64,000 nt of DNA from Candidatus Omnitrophota bacterium (GCA_021108075.1 JAIORP010000120.1:21557-85556); one strand, 5' to 3'. Counted from the first letter of the stretch, positions 1 through 15,400 are shown. The notes: generated from the sequence alone by a model not told the origin. Numbers and translations: made by a program.

Positions 1-25
1 TGCCGGTTCAGAATGGGTCCTTCCA

Positions 26-450
26 ATGCTAACATCCTCCATGGTATTTGAAGGGCTTGCGCTTATTGTCCTGGGATATGTTGCCTGGCGAGTGGCCTGT
101 CTAGCGGTCAGAATGATTTGGAGTATTGGTGCGATGATCAAAGATCAATTCGGCGCCAAGGGCCAATATATCATCGAGCGTGAGGGAGGCAGGGCCCGTA
201 AGACGAATAGAGGAGCGACCGCCATATCGATCATATTATTTATAAGCGGTTTTGTTTTCTTTTTTGAATCTGCCTGGGGATGGGTTGCCCATCAATCCGA
301 TATGTTGTCGCGGGAACTTCCATCGACCGGTATTGATATCATGAGCGTGTCACCTGTTCAAGCAGCATGGCTGATGATTGCGGCTTTCGGTCTGGTTGCC
401 GCGGGTCTCTTGATATGTCTCTTTAAACGTCAACGGGCTGACCAGCGATT
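26..450 (+). other. N-terminal hydrophobic segment with about 3-4 predicted TM helices
   Basis: Hydrophobic stretches LALIVLGYVAWRVACLAV, AISIILFISGFVFFF and AAWLMIAAFGLVAAGLLICLF, followed by basic KRQR. Confidence 0.5.
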
Positions 451-3400
451 GTTGCCGCGCATCTTTTATAATAACGGAGAACCAACCGTTTTCTTCGCGT
501 CTGTCCGTGGATTGATCAGGAAATTTTTCCGCCCATCATTCAGCGATATTTTATCAGCGTATTTCAAAGATCAACCGGCCTTGAACGTGCTTGGCCTTGG
601 TGTTGGACAGGCGCATTTTGAACTCGGTCTCCGTCGACGGTTGGAACAAGCAGGTTATCACGTCAATCTGATGGGTGTTGATCACAATATGGACGCAAAA
701 GTCTTAAATCAGAAAAATCTGAAGGTCCCCGCGCAAAGAGATGAAGACGTGGTTGCTGTTCTTGGAGAACACTCACAGGATATTGTGGTTGTCAAAGCGC
801 CGGAATCCGGGCATATCCGTGAAGCCCTGGAAATGGCCTATCGATTGGTCAAAGACGGCGGATTAATTCTGACATCGATGTACGATTATCCTCGGGACCG
901 GATGTCTGTGAAGGTTTTAAGTGTGGAATCGCTTAATGGTTTTATATCATCAAAAATTGATCACTTTGCGCAGCAGAATGCAACAACACTTCAATTACAG
1001 GCGCTGGATTATCAGCCGTTGTTCACACCGAAGGGCGGGGATCCGGTATCCTATCCTATTTTTATCCAGGTGAGGAAGTCACGCGACAGGGAATATCAAA
1101 CAATGCAAATGAATCAATTTACGATGAAGCATATCACCTTCCTACTCCGTGAAGTGTTTGACCGCGGCGTCGGGGTCGTGATGTTATCTGTATGCTCACC
1201 ATTGATGCTTTTAATTGCCGTATTTATTAAATTGTTCCAGGGCGACGGGATTATGTTTATGCAAAAACGGATGGGCACAAACCGTGAGTTTGTGATGTAT
1301 AAATTCCGCACGATGACAACTGAGTTTGACCCGATTGAGAGATCGGAAACAACATTAGGGCGTATTCTTCGCCCCACACGTCTTGATGAACTGCCGCAAC
1401 TCTGGAATTTGGTTAATGGTGATATAGGTATTATTGGGCCGAGGCCGTTACCGCTCCGCCTTATCACGAAGGTTGGTCATCAAGCCTATAGAGCGAGCGG
1501 ATTAGCGCGACGCAAGAAGGGACTGATTGATGGATTAACGATGAATTTTATTTTACATGAACTCGTTAAACATTTGTCACAGAGCCGAATAACAGTCATT
1601 CAAGCATGGGCCAAACAACGGATCCAGAAATATTTTAGGAAATATTTGAATTATATCCGGGAGCAGCCAGACAAACAATTCATCTTTGAAGTGAACATGC
1701 TGTCCATTTTTGAGAAAACCCCGGTTGATTTCGAAAGCGTCAGCCAAAGCATTTTATTTAATAACCGTGAACACAATGACCGGGAGCCCATACGTAAGAA
1801 GTCGGCGATCCGTCTGTATTTACCGAAAGATTTTGAGAAACGATTTGCCCGGGTGAATACGGCAACCGCCCTTAATTTGATCCGTGATTTAGCCCGTCAA
1901 CCGCAAGGCCATGAAAGCGGAAGCTGGGTCCAACTGTCTGACCAGGAACAATTGGCCTTGATGGTGAAGGCTCTGGCTGCATCGCTGTGGCGCGATGATG
2001 TGACTGAACTTGCGCTCGCCCTGGAGGTCTTTGTCAAGTACGCGGATAACCTCCTGTATGATTTATGCGAAGACGCGACGGATTTGATTAAATCCTTCCT
2101 TAAAGTTTATCAAAAACGAGAAATTTTAAGATTTATACATTCTTCCTTCGGGGAGCAATTGCCACATGAATGGGTCGGATTTTTACGGGATGTGATTACT
2201 TATGTCTCGCTGCTGGAAAGTCAAGACGGGTATACTTATGGCCATGACACGCGTGTGGCGGAACTAAGCCTGGCTATCGCGCGAAAGATGCAAGCTAACG
2301 GACAAGCGCAATTTGATGCCGCGGCCTTACGCGATCTGTTCCTCGCTGGACTTCTGCATGACCTGGGCAAATTATTGGTACCGCTACCCGTTCTGAACAA
2401 GACAAAGCCGCGCACGCAAGCGGATGTCAGTATTTTCCACTTGCATCCGGAATGGGCCTTACAGTTGATCGATCTACCACCCGCGGCCAGCAGCGTCGGC
2501 GCCGGCGTTCTGTATCACCATATTTATCACAACCTGAAGAACGGGTACCCTCTTGACAGACTTTACGGCCAACCGTTGCCATTAAGCGCGCAAATCATCG
2601 CGGCTGCGGATACCTTCGACGCGCTCCATACAGACAGGACATACCGCAAAGGCGTTTCTGAACAGCAAGCCCTTGAGACAATGCACCCGTTGAAAGGCTC
2701 ACAATTATTGACAACAGCCGTCGAGGCTCTTGAGCAGCTGCACAAGGATAATCAGTTATCTTCTTATTATCACAATGGGCATGAACACAACCGCGCTTAC
2801 ATTTTATTGATCAAGTTGGTTAAGGATGCCAATGGTTTCAGCGCGAAGAAGGACACAAAAGATAAGGGTCAACCCGCCCGTTCAACCAGGTTCCCTCCGT
2901 ACATGCACTTAAAAGCTGAAGACCGGGAGATCATCAAAAAGATTAAACCAAAAACACAGATGATCCCCGGGGCCCGTCAAGGAGGACCCGCATTCTACTT
3001 GCCGCACTTCAATATCCCTGTTTATATTATTACACCGATTTATCCTTACCATATTAAGAAATTAGAAGAAGCCGTTGAGTGGATTGTGAAGAGCGGGTGG
3101 TTAACGTCTTATCCTGAAACCATGAAGTCCACAAATTGTATTTATATGGCCTATGATGAAACCGACCGGGCTGCGGGCGAAGCATATGATAACGGCGCGA
3201 CGTATGTTTACGTGAACGATTTTATGAAACAGTATGCCAGTTTCACCGCGGGAATCCTGATTCACGAAGATATTCATCATCAAAACAACCGGTTAACACC
3301 TTATTGGGACCGCTTAGATTTACCGGACAGTATTTTGAAGTACTATCCGAGGATCAGGCACGATTGGATGAAAGAAAGCTTCCGTATGCCGTCAGGCCTG

Positions 3401-6400
3401 TTGCATGAGTTGATTTCTTATTCGTATGAAATTCAATTTTTAAAACGCTTGTTGAGGCATAGTTTGGTTATGTCAAAGGCCGAGAGACAAAGCATTATGT
3501 CTATCATTCGGCATCGGAATGCAAAGAGCAAACACGTCTTAAAAATTTTATATTACCGCCGTCCGTTGATGAACACCGAAGGGGTGCAGATCTATTGGGA
3601 TTGTTGTTCGACCTGGCAGGACATTGATCAGTTTGTGAGCCGGAGGAGTCAACCGCGCAGTGTCGTTCCTACTCCGCGGCCAGTTTCAAGTAACCAGCAA
3701 GCTGATATGTTGAAATGGCTCGAGAGGAGAAAGCTCAAGCGTAAAGAAAAAGCTGATATCTGGGGATCATTCTATTTTGGCCTCCGGTATATTCATCGCG
3801 GCGGATCTGGCCTGATCAGACAAGCCGGGGCGATTTATCAAGCCTTTGTTACGGAATATGGATTTGCGCGCGGAACAATGCGCGCGTTCACGCATGCTAT
3901 CGCCACACCACACCATAAAGATCCGGCCTTTGCGCAATTACCGGATATCTTTAGATGGGCGATTGACGCGCATGAACAAGCCCATCACGCCGGGCTCAAT
4001 GAAAAGGCTGCTTACCTGGTTAATATCCAACCCTTGAGATCGGCACATGACCGCCATCCATTGAAAATATTCCGATTCTTAACCGTTATGAGCCTGAGAG
4101 CGAAACAGGTATTTATTTTGATGGTCATATTTGTCTATCTCTTTATCAATATTGTTTTCCCGGTTGACGCGGGGCAGGAAGCGGATAAGAACCTACCAGA
4201 TTCAGCAGGGGTTAAACTGCCGGTAAGAGTTGAAAGCCATGGGTTGTCCCATTGGTTGGATCAATTAGAACGGGTCGATCGGCATGTCACCATACCGCTT
4301 TCCGCGTTAGGACAGATGCGGGATTATCGGGCGGTTCCCCTTATCATAAAAAGATACGAGAAAGCGAAATCAACGGATGCGAAAGTCAAGATTATTTGGA
4401 CATTAAGACATTTTGATACGGAAGAGGTTGTTGCTTTCTTAACAGGGTTATATGTTCAGTATGGATTAGGATACCGGTTGCAACAGGCAGTTGAATCATC
4501 CCTGATCGAACTCAAACACATCGCGGTTCCTTATATCATAGACTTGATCGAGAAGTCAAATAAAAGATTACCCGGAGAGGTAAAGCTTCTTACGTTTGTC
4601 TCCGAACATGGTAGCGACCTGGCCGACGCATCCAAATCCGATCAGTCCGTCAGCCGTTTAAAGGCGAAGGTCAAACAAGGTCCGACATCTTCATTGTGGC
4701 AAGAAGGCCGGGTTGTTTCAGCCGCTAACAGTCTACTGGAAATGAGAACGCAAGATTATTCTAAGTTAAAGGCCCGATCAAAGATCAAAATATTGATGGA
4801 AAGAAGAGGAGCCTCTGGCCGGTATTTAACAAATTTGTGGGCGCAGACAAAGTCTTTAGACCAGCAGAAAAAGATTATTATTTTGTGGGGGGAGATCCGA
4901 TATATTTATGCTGTTCAAATTCTGAAAGATATTCAAGTCGGGGGAGCGCGGGAGTTACGCGCGTTAGCCGATAAATCGCTTCATCAGTTGGATGCTGAGA
5001 TCGAGCGCATTATCAGAAAAGAAAAAGAAAAACGCTGGATTATGTCTCAAGATAACAACCTTGTTTTCTTGGCTAAATATCATTTGGATATGCTCGTCAA
5101 ATATTTATCCGCGGATTATGAGGATTTTCATTTTGTTCTTTACAATGTCTTCGGTCAAGCTGGAAATAGCGAATCTGTGCCATGTCTCGTAGAAGGGCTT
5201 AACTCTGATGTCAGAAAAAATAGAGACGCGGCGGTTAAAAATTTGGGCCGGATCGGTGATCCCCTCGCGGTTCCGGCCCTCATTGACGTCATGAGAGATG
5301 GAAGTGTCATAACCGCATCGCTGGCATTATTAGAGGTAGACGACATTTATGGCATCATCGCGTCCTATGGTTACCGGGATAATGAATTGGTCCTGTATTT
5401 ATTGTCACCGATGCGAGAAGAGGTCCGGGTTCAATTGATCAAAGCCTTAAGAGATGAGGACAAGCGCATACAATGGGGCGCCTTAAAACTTATCCGTCAT
5501 TTCGGTGGAGTGGATCCGCAGGAATTAATTGATGTTTACACCCAATATGATTCTAAAGCGGGCCGCTTGATGGCAGAGATATTATCAGAGCAGGCAAAAG
5601 AAGAAGCGGTCAAGAAAATCCAGAGGAAGATCGAATCCACCATCGATGAAGATTTTAAACGGGTGAAAGAAGCGTATCTTCCACTGTTAAAGGATTTGGA
5701 CTCGAACGCCCATAGCCAGGCCAAATGGCATGTGTTCTGGAATTATTATTTGCCATTAGTCAGGGATAAAGCCATCATCTTGATCCTGCATTTGATACCG
5801 ATAACGATCCTGTTTATCCTTCTGAATCGATGGTTTAGAAGACAGAAAAGGGCTGATATCTGGGGATCATTCTATTTTGGCCTCCGGTATATTCACCGCG
5901 GCGGATCTGGCCTGATCAGACAAGCCGGGGCGATTTATCAAGCCTTTGTTACGGAATATGGATTTGCGCGCGGAACAATGCGCGCGTTCACGCATGCTAT
6001 CGCCACGCCAAATGACAAAGATTTGGCATTTAAGCATCTGCCGGAAACGATTAAACGGGGGATTGACGCGCATGAACAAGCTCATCGCGAAGGGCTCAAT
6101 GAAAAGGCCGCTTACCGCATCAATATCCAGTATTTCAGGGTTAAAGACCGTGTCGAGGCCATGATTGAAGACGTGATGGTTGACCGCGACCAATTGAGCC
6201 TGTTCATTCGAGAAATGTTAAGACGGTTTACGTTCGCGGAACATTTTGTTGACTTTTTGATCCGCCATAAAGAAGGTGTTCAGGTGGTTGCCCTTAAGGT
6301 GCATGACTTCAAGAATCAATTCATCGGACGCGGGGAAGAATTAGGCGTCGGACATAAACTCGGATCCATTGCCCTGTCGAACGTTATCGCTCGCCATCTT

Positions 6401-9400
6401 AGAGACGCCATCAATAAATACCTGAAAGACAATAATTTCCGCAGGATTGTTAAGGACAATGTTTTTAACGAAGGGGATACCTTCTTTGTCGTGATCGGAT
6501 ATACGCGTGCTACCCGTGAGAACCAATCGTTTGATATTGAGACGATGATACAGTATATTCTCAGGTCATCGTCTTTCCGCAGTAAAGTTGTTAAAGGTGT
6601 GAAGAAACGCTCCGGCATCGCCAGGAAATTAGACGATTTTACCGAGAAAGATTTTCATATGTATGGCGGTATTTCTAAATTATATGAAGGTTCGTTAAGC
6701 CAGGAAGATATGGGTACGGTCCTGAGCGTCGCGGACCGTCTGCAAATGCAAGCCATGCGCACAGCGAATATGATCCACCTTAAGTACACAAGTTACTATG
6801 CCGATTTCCTCGAAGAAATGAAAACCTTGCTGGCACGGACAGATTTAACGGAACAGGAAATGTTGGACCGCCGTGAATTGTTGTACCGAAGACTGAATAA
6901 GCTCATCCTGAGACAAAAAGTCAGCCGGGTCCAATTGTTTTCGACGATTATAGCAAAAGAAATTAAGAGAGCGCAAGGCGCAGGATTGACGAAGAAGATT
7001 AATCATTTTGACACAGTTACAGAACTTTATCCAGATGATAAGGTCTCCACTATTGACATCAAGGTTGCATTATGGGAAGCCATTCAAGCAAAAGACATTC
7101 ATGAAACAAGGACCCAGTTGAGGAAATTGATCAACCGCCGCATCATCTACCGCAGTAACCGTATTCCAGGAAGAGACAATATCTTCACCGGGTACACCAA
7201 TATCCGCCGTTTCATTAACTATCTTATTCGACGGCGTCCGAGTGAAAGTTTTGACATGGTTTATCGTCTTGGACGACAATCTGATGAATACGCTGTTCTG
7301 CTTTGGGATGCACTTAACCAAAAATTAGCTGTGTTCCGGTTTGACGCGATGAATGTCTCGACCATTGCCAATTATTATAGCCGGGCGGCGGCCAGTGAAA
7401 TGTTGGACGAAATGAGTTTAGCGATCAAACATGTTGTCAAAGAATCAGCCAAAGACCATAGAACTTTAGCAGCGCGATTAATTTATATCCGCAAGAATTT
7501 ACACCGTCACATCGGTGAACGATTTAAAGATAAACCTTATTATGCCACACCGGCTGTTTATGATGTTTTCTTTGAAGAAATGACGATCTGGCGAAAGCAA
7601 AAAATTTATCTATTGGTCAAAGGGACAAATACGTCCTATTCCATGAAATTTAAGAATGGATGTCCGGAAATACGCCATTCAAACGGTTCGCTGGTAAGGT
7701 GGAATAACCTTCCGTTCACATACAAACACATAAACGGTGATCAGGCAAAGATCAAATTATTAGAAATAAATAAATACGCGTTGTTGAGGATAAAACCAGA
7801 GGTTTATCAACGGCTCCAAAAAACAGGGCGCGTCTATAATGATGATGAAATGATAAACGGAACAGTTGTGATTCCGACCATTCCAATTCTGCCAGGGGGA
7901 TATTTGATTGTTGATGTCGCCGCTATCAGACAGGATGACCTGATGAAAGATTTTGGTGACTTGCAATGGTATGCCGATAGCATGGCCGAATGGATAAAGA
8001 ATCATGTGATTAGACCACACCAGATTATGGGCCGGATCATAAGGCCGCGGATGACAATATCGGAATGGCGCAATGATATTAAAAGTGATATTGCTCAATT
8101 AAAAGAGTATCATCCCACACCGTATAAAGTTTTAGTCGCGGAGATGATGTTGCAGCGCGTTCTGAAAGAAAAAGAACAAAGCGAAGAGAGGAAAAAAGAA
8201 GAGCGGGAGGACACATTAAGAGACGAGATAGATTCGGATACAGGTTATCAAACATCTGCGTTCGGTTCGTTTGTCTTTGGCAGCGTCATGACCGTGCCGG
8301 TTCTCTTCGGCGTGAAGCTCGCCGTAGTGCTGTCTCTATCAAGTCCGGCGCTTGGTGTTCTGACCGGACTTGTCAGTCTCGTCGCGGCTTTTGTCGCGGC
8401 GCATTATTTCAGAGAGTTTATTGAAATTGCTTTAGCCACGTTGCTCGTCAAGTTCGGACGCATACGCGGCCCGGATGCGGTCAGACAGAATTTGGCCGAA
8501 GAGTGGCGTACGGCTGTTGAACATGGCCGTGCGGTTGTGACTCCGACACTTAAACAACCGGCTCAGAAACGAAAGACAGAAAATGTCATCCGCGTAAACC
8601 CTCAAATTTTATCGCGCTTATCGGTGAGTGTTCAACAGGCGATTTACCGTCATGAGATGCTGCACCTTAATGGTCAGGGAGAAATAAGCGCCTATTTGCA
8701 ACAAAATTTAATCATAGACAATGTTTGGAAGGGCATCCGTTTAGTTGTTTCAAACAAGAAATACCCCGTGATCCAGCAACTCTTTAAGAATGTGACAGAG
8801 GCGGACTCAGGGGCAGTTGATGATCGGCATCACGGTAAAGGCCGGATTCCAGCATTGGCCCATGTCTTAGTCGCGTGGCTTTATTGGTTGACGCGAAGAG
8901 TTCATAAATCGAACTTACCTGTCGCCTACGAAAAAGCATTACGGGTGGCCAAGGCCATCCAGCCATTGATCGAACAGGTTCTTTTCTGGAAGATTTCATT
9001 GCTGCTCATGGGGCTTATCAATATTCCGATCGGGATCCTGATCACGTGGGGTCTTTTCTATGGTCTGCACTTTTTCGAAACAAAGGATTGGAAAAAGCCT
9101 TCTTCTTTCCAGATATTGTGGGTTTCTGTTGTGAATGTCCTTGCCCAGGATATCCTGGTCTTGATGCCTCTTGACCAGGTTGCGTTGTTTAATATTTTCA
9201 GTTTGAGTGCCCATCCATACGCTTATGCTGCGTTTGCGGCGGTACTTATTTATCACTATATTTACGAATACGGTTTTATCTATGTGTTCCGCCGTATATG
9301 GGGCCACCGGGTGAAAGTTCGATTACGTAAAGAATATGCGGAAAAGGGCCGATACGTCGGTGAATTTGAAGTTAAATACCGGTTTGGCCGGCCAAATTTA

Positions 9401-12400
9401 TTCGCTGATATTCTTTATCCCGCGAAAGCCTATAATGCCCACGTCTATGTTCCACAAAGAATAGTTAAGGAAGGATATAAAATTTATCGAGGGCGTATCA
9501 CGACCCATTCAAAACAAAAGCTGCATGACACGATTGACCGTATGCGGCGCGTCTCTGATATCTACATACCAAGATTCAAAGGGGTCCAATGGACGATTGC
9601 GGTTGATATCGATGATAAGGTCGGAAGTTTGTATGAACTCACACACCTATTAGGCCGTCACAATATTTTAATATCAGGTTTTCTCCCGCCGCAAATAAAT
9701 GAGCAACAGAAAAACGTCTGCCTGTTCCTCGAACTCGATGTGCCTAAACGAATCGGCAGTTATACGTCTTTGACAAAACTCATGCAAGAGAAATATCCTG
9801 AATTCGGAAAGGATGAAGACAGGCCGCCTATTCAGGGATCATTGTTTGAGAAGAAATTGAGTGAATTGATGGAAAACATCGGCATACGTCTATCCCTCCG
9901 GGAAGTGGACCTCTGGTTAAAGGCCTTATCGGTTAATAACCGTTATCTCTGTCGAGCCCGTAAAAATGAGCACGATGCTTACGTGGATCATTTTTTGAGG
10001 GTCGTTGAAATTTTAGTTTTGAAATTTGGCGTTAAGGACAAACAGGTCCTCCTGGCGGCCTTGTTGCATGACAGCGTTGAAGATGACGTCCTTACCCCAG
10101 AGGAACTGCGTCAATTATTTGGTGATGAGATCCATGATATCGTTATGCTGCTGTCTAAACGTCAACCTAAAATGGTTTATATTGATGAGAAGATGTACTT
10201 GTTAAATATGGTCAACGCGCTTGAATCGAACCGCAGCATTGCGTCAAAGGCGATCCTTATCAAATTAGCCGACCGCGTGCATAACATGCGAACATTAGAC
10301 ACCAAAGATGAAAATTTTCACCGCCGGTATTATTTCTCAACGATGGATACCTTTGTGAATGAGTTTGTCTTCGAGGTTATTAAGGCTTATGAACAGCAGC
10401 GTTTATCGGTACCAGAAAGCTATCCGATAAGCCGGGGTGTAAACTTGCTGGCCAAGCAAGTGTTGAAAACAGGTCGTCTGCTGTCCATCGTGACCTCTTC
10501 TAAAAAGATTCGTGTGGATGAGCTGTTTACTTATTTATCTAAGTTAGAAGAACCGATTGTCAAGGAGATGCTCAGGAAATTTAAAGTAGGAGAAAAAGTC
10601 GTGTCTGATATGGATTCAGAGGCGCTGGCCGTCTACCTGTATATGCTGTATCGACGGACAGTGTCAGGGAAATATAGTGATAATTATGAAGAAATTGTTA
10701 GCGTGGTCGCGATGTATACGGAAATTTACAAAGAGTTGGAACGCATGTCCGCGTTGAAATACCGACCATTGCGTTTGTTTGGGTATGATGAGGGTTCAGC
10801 GGGATCAGATCGAACGGGAACATCCGCATTGGCCTTCCCGAGACCAAATTGTTTTCTGGTGGAATTGTCCCGTCTAGGTATTGATGTGCTGAACTTAAAC
10901 GATAATATACCGGATAACAAGAAAGCTGTCTTTGACGATCAGATCATTATTTCTGCCCCGGAACTCATCTCTGTTATGGAATGTCTGCTTACGAGCGGCG
11001 AGCAATTTGATATTGATCATAATATCTATGTCTGTTCTCAGCTAACATACACGGTAAAAAATGACAGGATTCGAGAAGTCTGGCACGCGATATCCCATCG
11101 AGAATATCGTCAATTAGGACCTTTAGAGAAGAACAGCTATTTGCCATTTAAAGACTTTTTGAAATTAAACGTAGCTGATGTCTGGTTAGGCGCGCGCCGA
11201 AAAATGATTGAAGAAGACGAAGAGCTCCCAGGGCGTAAAGGTGTCAGCATGACGTTTATTACGAAATCTTTAAAAGAATTAGCGGACTATTGGCAAAAAC
11301 TAAAAGACATTTATCCTGGCGTGTCCATTTTTGGTTCATCACGGGTTCCTTCACCGGTCGCTAAAGAACTCGCTAAAAGACTTTCAGATCTGCTGTATGC
11401 CATCATTTCCGGCGGCGGTCCCGCGGCAATGTCCTCGGCTAATGAAGGTGGCCGTTTGGGTCGTCGAGGGGTTTCAGTTGGCCTGGCCTTACAATTACCG
11501 TTTGAAGAAGAAATCAATAAATATATTAATGAACCTTTCTATTTTGAATATTTCTTTACTCGACTCCTGGCATTCTTAACATTGAGTGTGGCCTTTATCC
11601 ATGTGAAAGGTGGTATTGGAACCCTTGATGAATTCTTTACCGTCGCAGCGATGAAAGATCTTGGTATTATTTCTGAAGAAACACCGATTATCCTCGTGGA
11701 CAAAAAATTGTATGGTCCGTTAGATAAATTGTTGAAGCAATGGGATGAACTGGGGTATACGCGCCTGAAATCAGATCAAATTTACTCCCTGTACGGTAAT
11801 AAAGACGTGGATGCCATTATCCATGAAGTCATTTTCGCTTTTGAAAGGTTAACACAGGACGATATCCTTAGGTTGAAGAAAAAACAAGTCCGCCGCGACT
11901 TGCTCAGGATAAACCGTCATCTCAGGAGACTCGGACCCACCGTCGGTATTGTGGGCGCGCATCGCGGTGTCGGTCCGCAAAATTATAATTACGAGATGGC
12001 TGAACAGATCAGCACAGCTTTAGCAGAATTGGATTTATCCATCCTGCGCGTCTCTGAGACCGGTATCGGAGACGCGGTCCAGCAAGGTTTTCTGCGGGCC
12101 AAAAAAGAAGCCCGTCAGGAAGGAAAGATGTTTACCGCGCGGGATTGTTTGATCGGAACAAAAGATGATATAAACGGCAATGGTCATCCGATTGATAAGG
12201 TCTTGCGCCTGTCGCATGATTCGTTAAAGAAAGTGATTTTTAGTTATGGTTACAGTGATATCCTGCTGGCCTTCCCTGGCGGTTATTCAACGATGGAAAT
12301 TATTACGGAGATCGCCACCCTTATTAATACGGGAAAGATGAATCCGGCGCGTCCGATTATTCTTTTTAACAGCAAATACTGGGCGCCATGGATGGATTTC

Positions 12401-15400
12401 CTCAGGCACATGGTTGACTCGGGGTTAGTGTCTTCTGCCATATTAGATATCTTTTATGTCGTCGATACACCTCAACAAGTGTTGGATATTGTGGTTACTC
12501 ATTTTGATACTCTCGGGTGGTATGATGACCTCAACCATCTACTGAAATTTGAGGTTGATAGATCAACAGCTCTGTCCTGGCCGTACCTTTATGACGTGAG
12601 TGGAATTCTCATCAAGATGCGGTCTGTGTCCAAACAAAAAGGCTTTAAAGACATGTTGGGATATATGGAAAATTTGGTCATCAGAGACGCCGTCACACAA
12701 ACGCAAGGGAATTTGATCCAGGCCGCCCGTCTGCTGAATATGCATGATCGTTATGTCGAACGCCGTATGGAAGCGCTACGGTCAAAAGCGAAGAATAAAT
12801 TTAATACCAGATATAAATTTTCCATACGTGAGATCCGCCATTTAAATCTACTTTATGCCATGTTAGGTGTCAGGGATATCTATGCTTTGTCCCGCCGGGC
12901 AAGAAGAGAAAGCAAGACGCATTGGCAGTTCGTGCGTGACCGGACCTTTGAGAGGGTCTTACGTGCTGGCCAACTGAGTTATTCCGAGATCAACCTGTTG
13001 TATGATCGAATCCCGGGTTGGACAGAATACATGAAAAAGAAGTTAGACCTGGATGACAGAAAACATCAAAGAAAACGCAATCACAAAGGGAAGAAATCAG
13101 GTGGCACTCTGGCAGGGCGATCACGCCAGGAGGGCAACTGTTTTGAGAAAGCGCTGAAAAAGTTATCTGTAGATGTCTTGGCTTTAAAGAGGTTCTTGAG
13201 TCAAACGGATAAGGATATTTTTGATGGGTATCACATCATTTATGTCATCCCAGTACTTAAGGCCCTTCAACGCGCTTATTCCCAAGAAAATTTGGATAAA
13301 ATTTATCAGGATGTCCTGGTCTCACATCAGGCGTCTTACGGCGTTAAGGCCGACGGTCAAAGACGTGATATTTGGCATGCCATTACACGACGGGAATGGA
13401 TTCAATTATCCATCGCGGAAAAGCAAGAATATATGACCTTTGGTGAATTTACGCGCATGGCCCCATTGGCGCAGGCCTGGTTAGGCGCGGAAGTGAATCA
13501 GCATATTGTTCAAAGGGCTGAGGCGCTCGCTTTGAAACGCGATATTTATGAAGGTTGGGCACAATATGAATTCTCGCCGGAGGAAAGTCTCGTCTTGAAA
13601 AAGGCCTGGTTACGTCTAATGGATCAATCCAAACGTTACGCGCGCTGGCAACCGCTCACAAAAGGCATCATCGCGCGGTTAAAAGCGGAAAAAGCATTAG
13701 GTCAAAATATTGAGATCATAACGCCGTCGCAGGAAGAGCTCTGGACGATGATCATGCAAGTTGCCATGGAAGAAAACATACATTTCCCGTCACCTGACAA
13801 CTTGCGCATTATCACATTGGCCGGCAATAAAGCCCTGCTGGGCGTTGAAGAAGAGGCCTCTCATTATCTTCTGGTCCCTATCGATGAAATTGAAGGATTA
13901 GATCAGTTGCGCCAGCATGACCGGTATGTTTACACTCAGTGGCTTGATCACGAAGTTGCTCGTTTGATTGCCTTGCACAAAGACCGGCAACGTTCAGAAA
14001 AAGACATCACACAAGATTACCCTGTTCATTTATTCATTGATCGAATGAAGATGCTTCGGGATAAAAAAGGTGATATACGTGTTTTCGTCAATCGCCGCAT
14101 AGAACAGTTGGCTTTATTGCAAAAATTCTTTAATGGACAGGTATTAACACAAAGTGACGTTGAAGATGGTTTTAATCATATGGAGATTTACGCGCATGCC
14201 GGGTTGTTAACGCCAACGGGTATTATTAAATTACCCAACTCTCAGAAAGGTCTTAAGATTGTCGCCAAAGGCGAGCATATCGGTGAGTCCGTTTCCTTGC
14301 GCCTCTTTAATGATCCTAATCAGGGCATCATGTGTCAATGTTTGGTTTTTGTTCATGGTGCTGACGGATATGTTTATGAGAGCGCCAATCATTATTTGAG
14401 GGATAAGGTCACGCGTGAGTCCCAGCATTTGAGGACAAGCCCCAGTCGGCTTGACGGCATTGTTACCCTTAATGAGTTAGATCTGTATGCTTACTTCAGG
14501 GGTGAAAAAATATATCCCGTTAAAGACAGCGAGGAAGTTATCACGCGCAGACGAATTGTTCAAGAAGGTGAAACATTTGAACTGCCCAACAAAATTCAAC
14601 CGGCAGGCCGGATTAGGTTGATGTATTTGAAACGACAATATTTGATTAATTTATGCGGGCCAAATGAACAGACGAATAAAACTCCAGTCTTCAAATTCAC
14701 GGGCAATGATAATTTAGGGACCGTCTTGGTCAGTGGCGCTAAAGGATCGCAACCCGGTAATTATTATTATCAAGACGAAGAGGGTGAGTTGCGGCATCTA
14801 CGCGTGAAATCCAGCAGGTACAACCGTCTTATGAGTTTAGCAGAATGGCACGCCATCAGTTTCTTGCTGGGCCGCGCGGACATCAAGGCGATACCAGGGG
14901 AAAATGTTTTTACAACGTTTAGCAAAGTCAAGCCGGATGGATATATCTCCTTGCCGTATTTTGGAAAATTAATGGTTGCTGAAGGCAATTCGGAATATGC
15001 GGCGCGCGACGTGTTCGCCCAGATCGCCCTTGTCAATGATCGTTATTACGGAACAATGCTCAGATGCTGCGTTGAGGGTGTGATCAGCAATTATTATTAC
15101 AAGGACTCGATGACAGGTCATCTGAGACATTTCCGTGTTGAGACATTAGGGCGTTATATCAAATTACGAACAGATCAATTGTGTGAGTTTGATATTTATC
15201 AGTATTTGAGGGGAAAGTCCTTTCATCACATTCCTGTCCGCCCGGATGAAAGCGACAACCGGATGACATCGATTATTTCACGGCAAGTTGTTAAGAATGG
15301 ATATTTCAAGTTTTTTGATATTCAGCCGGTTTATGTGGGAACTGTCTACAATGATCAGCATTTTAAACTATCATTCCAGCGGAATGAAAAGGGCCAAGTC

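Noticed and set aside
3846-6164. + strand ORFs 3846..4037 and 5946..6164 with identical N-termini (MLRNMDLRAEQCARSRMLSP)
   Set aside because: These are out-of-frame readings of the two copies of intragenic repeat A. They are duplicated because the DNA is duplicated, not because they are genes.
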